DNA of 64,000 nucleotides. Origin: Chiloscyllium plagiosum (Eukaryota). The position numbers and the translations under genes were made by a program. Location: assembly GCF_004010195.1 (NCBI RefSeq), contig NC_057752.1, positions 12,226,253 to 12,290,252 of the forward strand, read 5' to 3'. The notes below the pieces were generated by a model that was given only the letters and a program-made list of their open reading frames with translations, ran no database searches and was not told the DNA's origin. Below, one piece after another: positions 1 to 12,213 of this stretch. How positions within the stretch are numbered: position 1 is the stretch's first letter; each line of letters begins with the position of its first letter.

Positions 1-826
1 GATTGGCAACATTTAAGGCAGGAGCATCTCCAATGTGTCCCAAATGTAAAATAGAGGTGGGCACTCTTGTACATTGCCTATGGACCTGTCATAAGATCCG
101 TAGATATTGGACTAAAGTAGCAAGTGCTCTGACAGAAATCCTAGGAACGGAAATTAGAGTGGACCCTGTATCTCTCCTTTTGGGCTTTTCAAACTTACCC
201 TTATATGCACGGGAAGAGATTATTTTCTATTCTCTCTTTCTGTGCAAGGAAAAATATTTTGGTAAACTGGGTGGCTGAGGGCCCTCCTGGACTTTCAAAT
301 TGGCACAGATTAATTATGGAATGTATTCCCCTTGACTTCCTTACAAATATGGTGCACCGAAAGACCAAATTATTCCATAAAATATGGCAACCCTTCTTGA
401 ATTATATAAATACAGATATTTCGGCTATCCTAACAAGGGCTTTTATTTAACTGAGATGGTGAACCCGGCTGGTCCGAGGCCGCCTTGGGAGAGGAATCCC
501 GCACGAATACGGGTTTTGTTACATTTGATGTTAATACATTCCAAACATGTATCTCACTACCCAATTTGTGTTATCCGCCGGTTTTTTTTCCTCTTATTTG
601 AATAATGTAAGAGACTTAATTATACACTCTGGTTAGTTGTAGGTTAGGTTAGTAGTTAGTTGAGTTTTGTTTTTTTTTCTCTCGGTATTTTTCTTTTGTT
701 AAATTTTGGTGATTATTTATTTAAGATTTAATTGTATATCAATGTTTATACTTGGGTTTTTTTTTTATTTTTGTAAACTTGTAAAAATGTTAAATTTTCA
801 ATAAAAATAACTATATAAATAAAAAT
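1..826 (+). mobile_element. L1-clade LINE 3' end (ORF2 C-terminus, 3' UTR, A-rich tail)
   Basis: ORF2 zinc knuckle CPKC...HCLWTC. One frameshift, then ...FHKIWQPFLNYI... to a stop at 450. T-rich 3' UTR, AATAAA near 800 and A-rich tail. 5' part lies outside the window. Confidence 0.85.
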
Positions 827-834
827 CCACATTA

Positions 835-1332
835 TTAGTTCTTCCTTAGGAGACTAAGGAAATTCGGCATGTCCATAAGAACTCTTTCAACTTCTATAAA
901 TGCATCATTGAAAGCATTCTATCTGGGTGCATCACAGCATGGTATAGGACAACTGTAGTTTCTTACGGTCCTGGGCAGAGCAGAGAGTTGTGAACACAGT
1001 CCAGTCCATCACGTAAACCAACCTTCCATTCATTGGCTCCATCAAAAATTTTTGCTGCCTCGGAAAGGCAGCTAACATCAAAGACCCCTCCCGCCTCAGT
1101 TATAATCTCTTCCGACCTCTTCCATCAGGCAGTAGGTACAAAAGCTGAGGTACATGTACCAACAGGTTCACGAACAGCTTCTTCCTTGCTGTTATTAGAC
1201 TTCTTGATCTTGCTTTTTGTGCACTTTCGTTGTAGTTGTAACTTTGTGTACCTCGCTCTGTTCAATCTTTGTATGGTACAATCTGCCTGTACTGCACTTA
1301 GGTAATAACATAATAATAAAATCAAATCAAAG
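835..1332 (+). mobile_element. Rex1/Babar-like LINE 3' fragment
   Basis: Translates as FLRRLRKFGMS...FYKCIIESILSGCITAWY, a typical Rex1 RT C-terminus. Ends in an AATAAAATCAAATCAAA tail. Confidence 0.75.
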
Positions 1333-1844
1333 ATAACCACATTCATTCCATTTCCTGTACTTTTTTTTTCAGCCTTTCCCCCAACCCATTCTTTCTTTTC
1401 TTACAACAAAGCTTGTCTGGTCTTCAGCTAAAGCCCAGCAGCATCTAGTTTATCCAAATTAACAGTACAACCCTACATTTGCCCTCATTTTGAATTGGAG
1501 TGGAGGATCTAATCTGATCACAAAATACCTGTCTTTACTCTCTAGTCTGTCCTCTTATTTCCAAAGATGATTCCCTGAGCAACTTCCTATGCAACTACAG
1601 CAAATGCAAAACATGCCCTTCACCTCCTTTTAAAGCAGTGGCTAGGCTCCCACACATTTCTTCCATTTAAGGCAATAATTCACATGTTCATTGTCCAATG
1701 GAGATAACAAATTCAAATTAGAAGTTTTTGCCATACAATTTAGTTTGGCTCATCATTAATGCTGACTCGCACCATTCTTTAACTGCCCACTCTGTTCCAA
1801 CTAAGATCAGTGCAACCTTCAGCAACAGTATCTTTGCTCATTTA

Positions 1845-2640
1845 CAAAAAAGGAGTAGGCCATGCAGCCTTGAGGATGCTCCACCATTCAATAACATCAT
1901 GGCTGATCAGATTACAACTTCAAATCCACATTTCCATCTACTCTTAATAACACTTTTCCCACTTTCTTGAGAAATCTTTATTCAACACTGTTTCAAAAAT
2001 ATTCAACGACTGCTTAAGCCCTTTTCAGGAAGTGAGTCCAAAGACTCATTGAGAAAAAATAAATTCTCATCTGTCTTAAAATGGGCAACCTCGGTTTTTA
2101 AACTAGTAACCCCAGTTATAGATTATCCAAGAGGAAACATCCTTTTCACATCCACTCTGTCAAGACGTATACATATACATCAGTACAGCACAGGATCGGG
2201 CCCTTCAGCTCATGAACATGACAACAAATTAAACAATCCCTTCTGCCTGCCCTTAGTCCATTTCCCTCCATTCCTTGCATATTTATACATTTATTTAAAA
2301 GTGTCTTAAAAATCCCTATTGTATCTGCCTTTACCGCTGCTCGTGGCAGTGTGTGCCAGACTCTTATCACTCTTAAAAAAAAATTGTCCCTCACAACTCC
2401 TTTGAACTTGCCCCCTCAGGACTTTATATGCTTCAATCAACCCATCGCTTACTCAGTTAAAATCCTGCAGGTACAAGCCTACCCTGGCAAACCCTTCCTT
2501 GTAAGACAAGCTGCCCATTTTAGGAATCAGTCTCGCAAACATTCTTTGAACTGCTTCCAACTCAATAAGGTGAGCCACACTGCAACAGTATCCAGATGCA
2601 ATCTCACTAGTGACCTGTTTAATTGAAGCATAACCACCCT
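1845..2640 (-). mobile_element. Decayed CR1-clade LINE 3' fragments (at least two)
   Basis: Minus-strand NFFLRVIRVWHTLPRAAVKADTIGIFKTLLNK motif and CR1-type 3' tails. Confidence 0.65.
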
Positions 2641-2685
2641 AATTGTGTGGTTTTGGGCACTAAGTGACTCTCTGGTGTAAACAGC

Positions 2686-2816
2686 TGAAATAACACCACA
2701 CAGGCTGGTATCCTGTCACCGCGTCACCCTTTACTTACATGTGGAGAGTCCTTGACACTGACCCAGCTACCTCAGTGGCAGCTCTCAGAGTGAACAGAAC
2801 CTCTCATACTCCGGTT
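2686..2816 (-). mobile_element. Gypsy LTR, 3' (R-U5) part
   Basis: Minus strand is homologous to the LTR half at 12478-12601 and ends ...TTATTTCA. Confidence 0.65.
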
Positions 2817-3700
2817 ATGTTTGCTTCTCTTCCCCCCCACCCAACTCCACTTCACCTGTGGTTGAGTGTCTGATCAGACTCAGTAAAAAAAAACATTATT
2901 CTATATTTTCACCACCTGGAAATACACCCTTATGGCCAGTGAACCATTATCGAGCAGAGCCTGATACGGGCAATGTCTCTGGGGGGAAAGTGAAGAGGAA
3001 GGGGAAGGACTAAACCAAAATAGAATTGGAGGAGAAAATAAAGCACTCCACCCCCCATGGTGCTCACCTCTCCCTAAAGATGTCAAGTGTGCTGGTGAAC
3101 ACCATGTACTCCTTCTCTAAGGCCACCTGGGCTCAAACAGAACCACCGAAGAGGGGCAGACAGTTGGCAGAGACTACCCCCCTCCACAGCCCACTGCCTG
3201 GACCTGTTTATAGCCTGGCCAAGCCCAGAAGCAGACCCACAGGAGGTCCTCCAATCTGCCCACACCCCTCAGCACTGGGTGCCCAAAGATCAGGAGATTG
3301 GGGCTGAAGTGCAAACAAAAACCGAGCAAAAAGGTTTTTCAAATAACTAAAAAGGGAGTGCAAACACTCACAACCAATTTATACACAGTCCACGGACTCC
3401 ACAGCACCATAAAATAAGCAGTTGGGCTGGGGGTCCATGAACCACAGCAATCTGTGATAATATGGGACTGCTTCATGCAGATCCCAGAATGAGGGAAGAA
3501 TCCTGCACAGAGAGCCTTCCACTGGGGATCTCCGCTGCCCAGTGATAAATAGACACACCAAGTCCTGTCTGGGCAGTGGATGAAGGACAAAGGATGGATG
3601 GTGTGCAATACCAGTCTGTACATAAGCTGCCATTTCAACTCCCTGAAAGACATACAACACACATTCCAGAGGCGGCTCAGGTTAAGAGGCACAGGGCCCA
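2817..3700 (-). mobile_element. Tx1-clade LINE 3' fragment, decayed, abutting the Gypsy LTR
   Basis: Minus-strand relics such as LWFMDPQPNCLFYGAVESVD and AINRSRQWAVEG. 3' UTR is homologous to 11985-12150, with a G-run and A-rich tail. Confidence 0.75.
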
Positions 3701-4330
3701 AAGGAGATGTGGGATCCTGGAGCTAATGTGAAATTCCGTCCGAAAAGGTGTACATGCAAATGGCCCTTTGGTTTCCCCCATCGCCACCAGTTTTTCCAGG
3801 ACCGGATCTTTCTGCATCCAAAGTCTGATATCGGCAGCTGTGACTGGAAGCATGTCCAAAACATTTCAAACCATTTTGGACTCTTCCAGTGGTGGTACCA
3901 CTGGTGATGTATCTGCCAGCGGGAACCAACTCAACGCATCCGCATTTGCTATTTGGCCTCCAGGATGGTATTCCAACTTGCAATTATATTCCCTTAAAAT
4001 TAGAGCCCACCGCTGAATTTGGCCTGGAGCTATGGGCTGCACTGCTTTGTCCTCTTTGAGTAGACTTAACAGGGGTTTGTGCTCCATTATTATTACAAAT
4101 GTATGTTCATAAAGGTATTGGTGGAACTTCCTGACTCCAGATAAGACCAGCAAACCTTCCTTCTCTATCTTGGTATATTTATGCTCTGCATTAGCCAAGT
4201 ATGGATGCATACACTATTACACGTTCCTTACCACTCGGCCACCTATGAGCTAATACCATCCCGAGGACATATGAGGAGGTATTGCATGTGAACTGAGTGG
4301 CCTGGTGGGTAAACGGTGACAAGGACGAGA
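3701..4330 (-). mobile_element. Mag-like Gypsy pol fragment (RNase H region)
   Basis: IEKEGLLVLSGVRKFHQYLY...HKPLLSLL...IQRWALILREYNCKLEYHPGGQIANADALS. Confidence 0.85.
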
Positions 4331-4699
4331 GAATAGGGTTGTATACATGAGGAAGTGCTGGCTGGATGCGACAAGCAGCATATGGCTGCCGTGCCATGAA
4401 ATTGCTGTTGAGAGACAATGCTGGTTTGCTGACACTGGTCTGGGTGTATAGCAGCCTTTCAAAGATGGTATTGGAACAGAGATAGATAGGTTCTTATGGA
4501 ACAAGAGAAGCCAGCCCTTTGACAGATATCTGGCATGAGGAGAGTTGTTCTAAGAATGGCAAGTTTAGGATGGAGCTTAAATCAATCAGACAGAATACCA
4601 TAGAGGAGAGGTACACAGCTAATGAGACAAGATTGGGAAGATATATCAGTAAATCGTGCTAGGCCTCATGGCAAAAAAAAGCCCCCAAAAAGTTAAACA

Positions 4700-6806
4700 C
4701 AACTCCTGGGGCCAAAAGAAAATGCAAGATTCAGCTGCATGCAATACGGTTGTTAACATCAATTATTTGGTTGGTTTCAGCCAAATCTGGGAAGAACATT
4801 TACATCACTTGACTGAACTCTTTGGCTGGCTAGAAAAAGCCAATTTGGTTATGAAGTTAGTGAAGATTGGACTTGCCAAGACAAAGGTAACTTATTTGGG
4901 CCACAATGTGGGACAAGACCAAGTAATATCTGGAGAGGTATTTTGGTACAGGCTATTTTGGATTTTCCTGTGCCTGGGACAAAACATGAAATGTTTGCAT
5001 GAGTGGATTCTACTGCAAGTTTGTTCCAAACTTCAGCACTGTCAGTGCACCTTTCCAAATTTGTTGAAGGCAGGCAGAAATTATGAACAGACGCAAAACA
5101 GCGTCAAAGTGCCTTTGAAATCTTGAAAGCTGTGCTCAGAACTGCACTGGTTTTAGTCAAGCCTAATTATGAGGACTCCTTTCAAATTGGTGTTTGATGC
5201 TAGTGACATTGGTGTGGGGTCGGTTTTAGTGCATGAATAAGAAATGCCACAGCCTGACACCGATTAATCAAAGAAACTGACTGCATGTCAGCAAAAATAT
5301 TCAATAATTGAGAAGCAGACATTAAAGTTTTGTGTTGTCTACACATCATTCTGAAATAGACATTACCAACGTGGAAAGAACTGGTAATTATACAACAAAA
5401 ATCCTATTGATTTTCTTGGAAACATTTCAGGACAAGAACTTATAATTATTTTGGTGGAGTTCAATTCCCATACCACATTATTTGAAAATCATTCAATGGC
5501 CTGGAAAAGAAAATGTTATAGTGGATGTTTTTTTGAAAGGATATGTGATGGACCACCAAGAGCTATGGTGCCCATGGACTTCTGTAAAATATGGTTACTG
5601 TGTAATTCCTCTCATCTTTAGTGTTGATGACATGGAGGTGCCAGTGTTGGACTGGGATGGACAAGGTCAGAATTCACACAACACCAGCTTATAGTCCAAT
5701 GGGTTTATTTGAAATCACAATCTTTTGCAGCGCTGCTCCTTTGTCAGGTGAAGACTTTGGTGATCTTTAGTGTCAATATGTTAATACTGTTAATGTGACA
5801 TATAAATAGTATTAACAATTTTTGATAGGTCATGAAAAATGTCTCTTAAAAGATACATTTTCATTCTTCGCAAGTATGACATAAAGGATGTGATTTATAG
5901 ATAACAAAAATTGTACATTAATTAACATCTACACAATTTATTTTAGCGTTTGAATTTTGAACTAGTGGCATGTGGATTTGGACTGTATTTTGAGGGTGTT
6001 TAATGATTAACATGTCCATATTTCTGAAGCCATGAGTTTTTTTTATAAAAACCAGCATGAGAGGGGGAATTCCTTGGATGACAATGGGAATTTATTTGCA
6101 TTCGGAGAGCTTTACGGGTGGACAGAGTAAATACTGAGGAGTGTTATCTTGCTTTCAATTCAGAAGAATGTTACATTGTTTTGTTTCGCTTAGGAGAAGT
6201 ACTCATAGCTTGGAAAGCTTTTGGTTTGTTTGCAGAAGTTCTGTTGAAGTTGAATGTCTGAGAAAGTTTCTCCTAGAGAAAAGAATTAGTTCAGAAGTTA
6301 GGAAATAGGTTACATCAGTGTAAGGGTTTTTCATTGAAAAGTTCCAGACGGATTTGGTTACAGTCCTGTTGAAGTTATTTGAAGCTGAGAAAGTGTAAGC
6401 TCAGTTCGGTGGCTAATCAAGGAACAGGCCACTAAATGCTCAAGAGTAGGATTTGAAAGAAAGCTAAATTTATATATATGTATATTTATTATGTGACAGA
6501 AGTGAATGCCCTCTGGCATTTAAGTACTGTAAAGTGACAAAGTTGGGATTGATGGGATTGTAGTTTACTATGCTTCAAATCTTTAAAAATCCATTGTATC
6601 TAAATTGCTTGGTTTGTTCATTTTGTTTTTTTTCTTTTGTGTAACAAACTTGCGTTTTACTATTAAAATCAAATTACAGCATTGTTGCTGGTGCTTCAGT
6701 AAAAGGCTACCTCATTAAATAACAAATACAAAATAATGATCTCTCAAGCCAAATTTAAGTCTGGGATCTAACTTGTCCAGCAATAACATCAGATAAGATC
6801 ATAACA
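4700..6806 (+). mobile_element. Gypsy element 3' part (RT-RNase H, then probable LTR), Gmr1-like layout
   Basis: FSQIWEEHLHHL...VTYLGHNVGQ, FDASDIGVGSVL, QKYSIIEK, GKENVIVD. Followed by about 0.9 kb of LTR-like sequence ending ...ATCATAACA at 6806. LTR start (~5880) is uncertain. Confidence 0.65.
5625..5755 (-). mobile_element. Short Penelope-derived element with decayed hammerhead core
   Basis: Minus strand reads CCTGACAAAGGAGCAGCGCTGCAAAAG, interpretable as a decayed CTGACGA-GGAGC/GCTCC-GAAA. Confidence 0.5.
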
Positions 6807-7003
6807 ATATTACTTGCTAGCTTTCTCTGAGGCTCTAATTTCTTCCTCCTTCCTGCTCTTTTAGTTCTTTATGTTCTGTCCAATCTTCTGACCTGTCACT
6901 CATCTTGCAGGATCATGTGCTTTTTCTTTCAAATTTGATGCTTTTGTTTTTTCAGTTAGCAATGGGTGGCTTGCATTTCTCTTGGATGATTTCTTTCTTA
7001 TTC

Positions 7004-7322
7004 ACGGTGGCACAGTGGTTAGCACTGCTGCCTCACAGCGCCAGAGACCCGGGTTCAATTCCCGCCTCAGGCGACTGACTGTGTGGAGTTTGCACGTTCT
7101 CCCCGTGCCTGCGTGGGTTTCCTCCGGGTGCTCCGGTTTCCTCCCACAGTCCAAAGATGTGCAGGTCAGGTGAATTGGCTATGCTAAATTGCCCGTAGTG
7201 TTAGGTAAGGGGTAAATGTAGGGGTATGGGTGGGTTTCGCTTCGGCGTGGCGGTGTGGACTTGTTGGGCCGAAGGGCCTGTTTCCACACTGTAAGTAATC
7301 TAAATCTAAATCTAAATCTAAA
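7004..7322 (+). mobile_element. HE1-type SINE (tRNA-derived V-SINE), young
   Basis: tRNA-like head with B box GGTTCAATTCC, V-domain GTGTGGAGTTTGCACGTTCTCCCCGTG, CR1-type tail GGGCCGAAGGGCCTGTTTCC and (TCTAAA)n. Confidence 0.9.
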
Positions 7323-8645
7323 CTCTTTAAATGCCTGTCACTGCATGTTGTTTCTTTCATTCATGAGACGTAAGCTGCCATTCTCGAGTTGCCTTTCAGG
7401 AGACGGTGGACAGCTGCCTTCTTGAAGTGTTGCATTTAGTGCAGGTACATCGATAATTCTGTTGGGAAGGGAGTTCTAAGATTTTGACCCAGCAACACTA
7501 AGTAAACAGCAATATATTTCCAAGTGAGAACGGTGAGTGGATTGGAGGGGAACTTGAAGGTGGTGGTGTTCTGACATAGCTGGTGCCCTTGTCCTTCTGA
7601 TGATTGTGGGTTTGAAAGATGGTTCAAAGGATCGTTGGTGAGTTTCTGCACTGCATCTTGTAGATGCACTGCTGCTGAGTGACAGTGGAGGACAGAGTGA
7701 ATATTTGTCGATACAGCACCAATGCTTTATCCTGAAAGCTGTCAAGTTTCTTGAGTGGCGTTGGAGCTACACTCATCCAGGCAAGTAGAGAGCATTCCAA
7801 TGCACTGCCAACTTGTGCCTTGTAGATGGTGGACAGGCTTTAGGGAATTATTTATTGCAAGATTCTTAGTGTCTGAACTGCTCTTGTAGTGAACGTATTT
7901 ATATGACTAGCCTGGCTCAGTTTCTGGTCGATGGCAACTCCCAATATGTTGAAAGTCATAGTTTCAATTTGGAAATGGACTGTGTCAGTACCTGACCTCA
8001 CAACAGAGAGAAGGTCATTGATGAAGCAGCCTAACTTGGTTGGGCCCAAGACACTCCTCTGAGGAACTGCTTCAGGGATGTCGTGGAGCCAAAGTGACTG
8101 ACCTTCAACAACTACCACCATCTTCTGGTGTGCCAGGTATGAATCCAAGCAGCAGAGAGTTTTCCCCCGGATTCCCATGAACTCTAGTTCTACTATGGCG
8201 CCTTCATGCCATGCTCAGTCAGATGCAGCTTTGATGTCAAGGGCTGTCCCTCTCCCCTCCCCTCTGGAATTCAGCTCGTCTGTCCATGTTTGAACCAAGT
8301 CTGTAATGAGAACAGGAGCAGAGTGGCCCTGGCAGAACCCACGCTAAGCTGTCACTGAACAAGTTATTGCTGAGCAGATGCTGCTGGATAGCACTGCTGG
8401 TGACACCTTACTAATAATTGAGAGTAGACTGAAGGGGTGGCAGTTGGTTGGGTTGGATTTATTTTGCTTAGTGTGTAAAAGACATACCTGGGCAAGTTTT
8501 CACATTGTCAGGTAGATGCCAGTTTTGTAGCTGTACTGGAATAGCTTGTCTCAGGGTGCTGCAAGTTCTAGATGCCTCACCCTATTGCCTGAATTATGAC
8601 ACGGCCAGTAGCCTTTTCTTAATATCATGTGGAGTGAATGGAATT

Positions 8646-8935
8646 GGCGGCACAGTGGTTAGCACTGCTGCCTCACAGCGCCAGAGACCCAGGTTCAATT
8701 CCCAACTCAGGCGACTGACTGTGTGGAGTTTGCACATTCTCCCCGTGTCTGCGTGGGTTTCCTCCGGGTGCTCCGGTATCCTCCCACAGTCCAAAGATGT
8801 GCAGGTCAGGTGAATTGGCTATGCTAAATTACCCGTAGTGTTAGGTAAATGTAGGGTAATGAGTGGGTTGCGCTTCGGCGGGTCGGTGTGGACTTGTTGG
8901 GCCGAAGGGCCTGCTTCCACACTGTAAGTAATCTA
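8646..8935 (+). mobile_element. HE1-type SINE
   Basis: Near-identical to 7004-7322. Flanked by direct repeat GAATTGGC (8641-8648 and 8936-8943). Confidence 0.9.
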
Positions 8936-9339
8936 GAATTGGCTGGAGACTGACAGTAATGATCGCAGGAAGTGGCCAAGATGGATCATCCATATGGTAC
9001 TTTTGACTGAAGATTGATGCAAATACTTCAGTCTTATGTTTTGCACTGGCATGCTAGGCTTGCTGTTCTTGGGGATGTGAATATTTTGGACTATAATGGA
9101 GAGTTATTTAATTGCCCACCACCATTCATAACTGGATGTGACAAGACTGCAAAGCTTAGATCTGTTCCATTGGTTATGGAAGTGCTGAACTCAGCTGATC
9201 ATTTGCTGCTTGGCACACAGGTAGTGAAGTTTTTTGCTTCACTAGGTTGATACCTCATCTCTTAGGTATGTACGGTGATGTTCCTGGCATGCTCTCCTGC
9301 ATTCTCCATTAAACCAGGGTTGATACCGTCTTGGTGATA

Positions 9340-10462
9340 ATGCTCGAGTGGTCTCAATATCAAACAAAGATACGTTAGAATACTACAGGAATGAGACAGA
9401 ATGCTTGGTATCATGGTACAAAGATAACAATCTTTCCCCATCAGCAAAACTAAAGAACTGATCATTGACTTCAGAAAGAAAGGAGGAAGACACACCAATG
9501 GAGCAGAGGTGGAGAGGATTGAGAGCATCAAGTTTATTGGAGTGAAAACCAACAATCTGCCCTGGACTTCCCCCATAGGTGCAACGGTTAAGAAGGCACA
9601 ACCATACTGCCTCTTCCTCATAAAGCTTAGGAAATACAGTATGTCCATATGGGTGGTATGATGGCTCAGTGGTTAGCACCACTGCCTCTCAGCACCAGGG
9701 ACCTGGGTTTGATTCTAGCCTCAGGCAACTGTTTGTGTGGGGTTTGCGCATTCTCCCAGTGTCTGCATGGGTTTCCTCCCACAATCCAAAGATGTAGGGG
9801 TTAGATGAATTGGCCATGCTAAATTTTCCATAGTGTTTCAGGGACGTGTAGGTTACATGCTTAGGTGCAGTATTCAGGGGTAAACACTTATCCATAGGAT
9901 AAGGGAATAGGTCTGCGTGGGATACTCTTTGGAGGGTCAGTGAGGACCTGTTGGTCTAAACAGCCTGTTTCCACACTGAGGATTCTAGGACATTCACCAA
10001 CTTTAACAGATGCACCACGAAGTATTATATCTGGGTGCATTACAGTCTGGTACAGCAACTACTCTGCCCAGGACCATAAGAAACTACACAAAGTTGTGTA
10101 CACAGCCCAGACAGACAATCACGCAAGCCAACCTCCCATCCATTGACACCATCTACTCTTCTCGCTGCCATGGAAAGGCTACCAGACCCCTCACACTTCA
10201 GTAATACTCTCTTCCAACCTCTCCCCAAGGCAGAGGATACAGAAGCTGAAACACACATACCAACACATTCAAGAACATCTTCGTCCCTGCTGTTATTAGA
10301 CTGCTGCATGGTCCGTTCGAACTTCACGTCGATCTTGCATTCATGCACCTCCCGAGTAGCTATAACCTCATTCTGTCTAAATACCCTATGATGTCTCAAC
10401 TACATAAAAAACAAAAATTTTCATTATACTTAGGTACATATGACAACAATAAATCAAATCAT
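9340..10462 (+). mobile_element. Rex1/Babar-like LINE 3' part
   Basis: SKTKELIIDFRK, ESIKFIGV, IISGCITVWYSN. Ends AATAAATCAAATC. Interrupted by HE1. Confidence 0.75.
9652..9985 (+). mobile_element. HE1-type SINE nested in Rex1
   Basis: TGGCTCAGTGGTTAGC head, V-domain and CCTGTTTCCACACTG tail. Confidence 0.85.
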
Positions 10463-10849
10463 CAGTTGATGGGTGGTTGGTATATTATAAATCAGATGTT
10501 TCCTTGCCATTTTTGACCAGATACTGAGACTTCATGGTCTGGAGGCAGCATTGAGCAACTCCCTCAATTGTATACCATCATGCTACCACCTCTGCTGCAT
10601 CTTCCCTGTCAGTCAGACAGGACATATCCAGGGATAGCGATAATGGTTTCTAGGACACTGTCTATAAAGGTGGGATTCTGAGAGTATGACTATCTCAGGT
10701 TGTTGTTTGACTAATCGGAGAGACAGCTCTCCCAATTTTGGCACTGGTGCCCAGATGTTAAGAAAGACGTTGCAGGCTCAACAGGGCTGTTAGGTAGTCT
10801 GTCCAATTTCAGTTCATAAGACATTCTAGTGGTTGGTACCTAAAAGCAT

Positions 10850-11300
10850 ATTAATAAACCAGATCATTTTTATGTCAGTTGACAAGTGAGTGATTTTAAG
10901 TTCCACAATTTTACTAGAATTTGAATTCACCATCTGCTGTGCTGGGGTTCAAATCCAGATTTCCAGAGCATTACCAAGGTCTGTCGATTACTAGTCCAGT
11001 GTAAATAGCACTAGGCCATCACCTCCCCATCTACTGATGCATCCTGTAATCTAATTTTCCAGTTCACTTCAGACATATTTGTTCAGGTCCCTGTAATTTT
11101 AAAAATTGTTGGTTGTTAGTTAGGGATAGACTAACATTACTGTAGGCCTGGAGTCACATGTAAGCCAGACCAGGTAAGGACTACAGATTTCTTTCCCTAA
11201 AAAAAAGGGAAAGTGATGAGATAGTTATCAACAGTGGTTACAGGGTCACCAATAGACAAACTCTATTCCAGGTTTATTGAAATCACATTACCATTATGCT
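10850..11300 (-). mobile_element. SacSINE1/DeuSINE-like SINE fragments
   Basis: Minus-strand head GGGGAGGTGATGGCCTAGTG...GGACTAGTAATC and Deu-like AATCTGTAGTCCTTACCTGGTCTGGCTTACATGTGACTCCAG. Homologous to 54092-54890. Confidence 0.6.
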
Positions 11301-11877
11301 ATCACCTTCCTCTATCTGCTATCATGAAAGCATAAAACACTTGCTCAAAATCCATTCTTCCCTTCCTAAAAAAGTGATATTCAATCAAACTGATGATTGC
11401 TACTAGCTAGGGGCACCTTCACTATGAGGCAATTAGTTAATTACCTGCACATTCCAATCCAATGAGAAAAAGGACATTGCAGAGGCCAGAGTTACAACTG
11501 CAGGAATTGAAAAAGTTACAACATACTTAATCCAGTCATCAGCATTCTCTGACTCAAGCCATTGATGGTGTTAGCATGCACTGCTTACTTTGATCTCACT
11601 CTAAGCCAATTGTTAACTCTTCCATGCTTCAAGTACCCAAGAATTGTAACACATCCAGATAGTGAAGGAAGAGCTATGAAACAATGAAGATCCACCTCTA
11701 CTCCAGCACCAGCTCAGATTAATTATCAATGTCTCAAACATATGTCTCAAACATTCCTATAATGTGACACATGCACATTTGCTGCAGATGGGTGGCAGTG
11801 ATTGTAAAGAGTTCCCTGCTTGAACCAGCTTAACAGCCCCAATCAGGGAGGCCTAGCTAACAGTTAAGAACAGGTGT

Positions 11878-12198
11878 GTGGAGTGCATTATTTCCCCCTC
11901 CAACTCTATTGTGATTTAGTCCCTACCCTCCTCTTCACTGTTTGATCACACAGCACTGCCCTTTGATGTGAAGGGGAGTGCTTGTCACTTGGCCACTTGG
12001 GTGTTTCCTATCTTCCTGGTGGTGGAAATTGAATAAAGATTCGTGCACTTTCTCTCACTGTGTGTCTCACACCTGCACACACACACCATGGGTGCTGGGG
12101 AAAAAATAAGCACTACCGCGGTTAGGCGGTAGTGTGGGGGGGGGGGAAAAAAATACCCAGGCGAGTGGAGTGCATTACTTAAAAAAAACAGAAAAAAA
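11878..12198 (+). mobile_element. Tx1-clade LINE 3' end, copy A, inside the 5' LTR
   Basis: Starts VECIISPSNSIVI*, then 3' UTR with AATAAA, hairpin, G-run and A tail. Bounded by AAGAACAGGTGTGT at 11866 and 12199. Confidence 0.8.
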
Positions 12199-12213
12199 AA
12201 GAACAGGTGTGTC

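Larger units (their letters stand above)
7365..10800 (-). mobile_element. Decayed CR1/L2-group LINE, interrupted by HE1 and Rex1 insertions
   Basis: GIRGKTLCCLDSYLAHQKMVVVVEGQS...VPQRSVLGP...CFINDL RT motifs. Homologous to the plus-strand copy at 46640-47700. Confidence 0.7.

Noticed and set aside
7004..7075. tRNA gene
   Set aside because: The tRNA-like A/B boxes are the head of an HE1 SINE, followed by the SINE body and tail.
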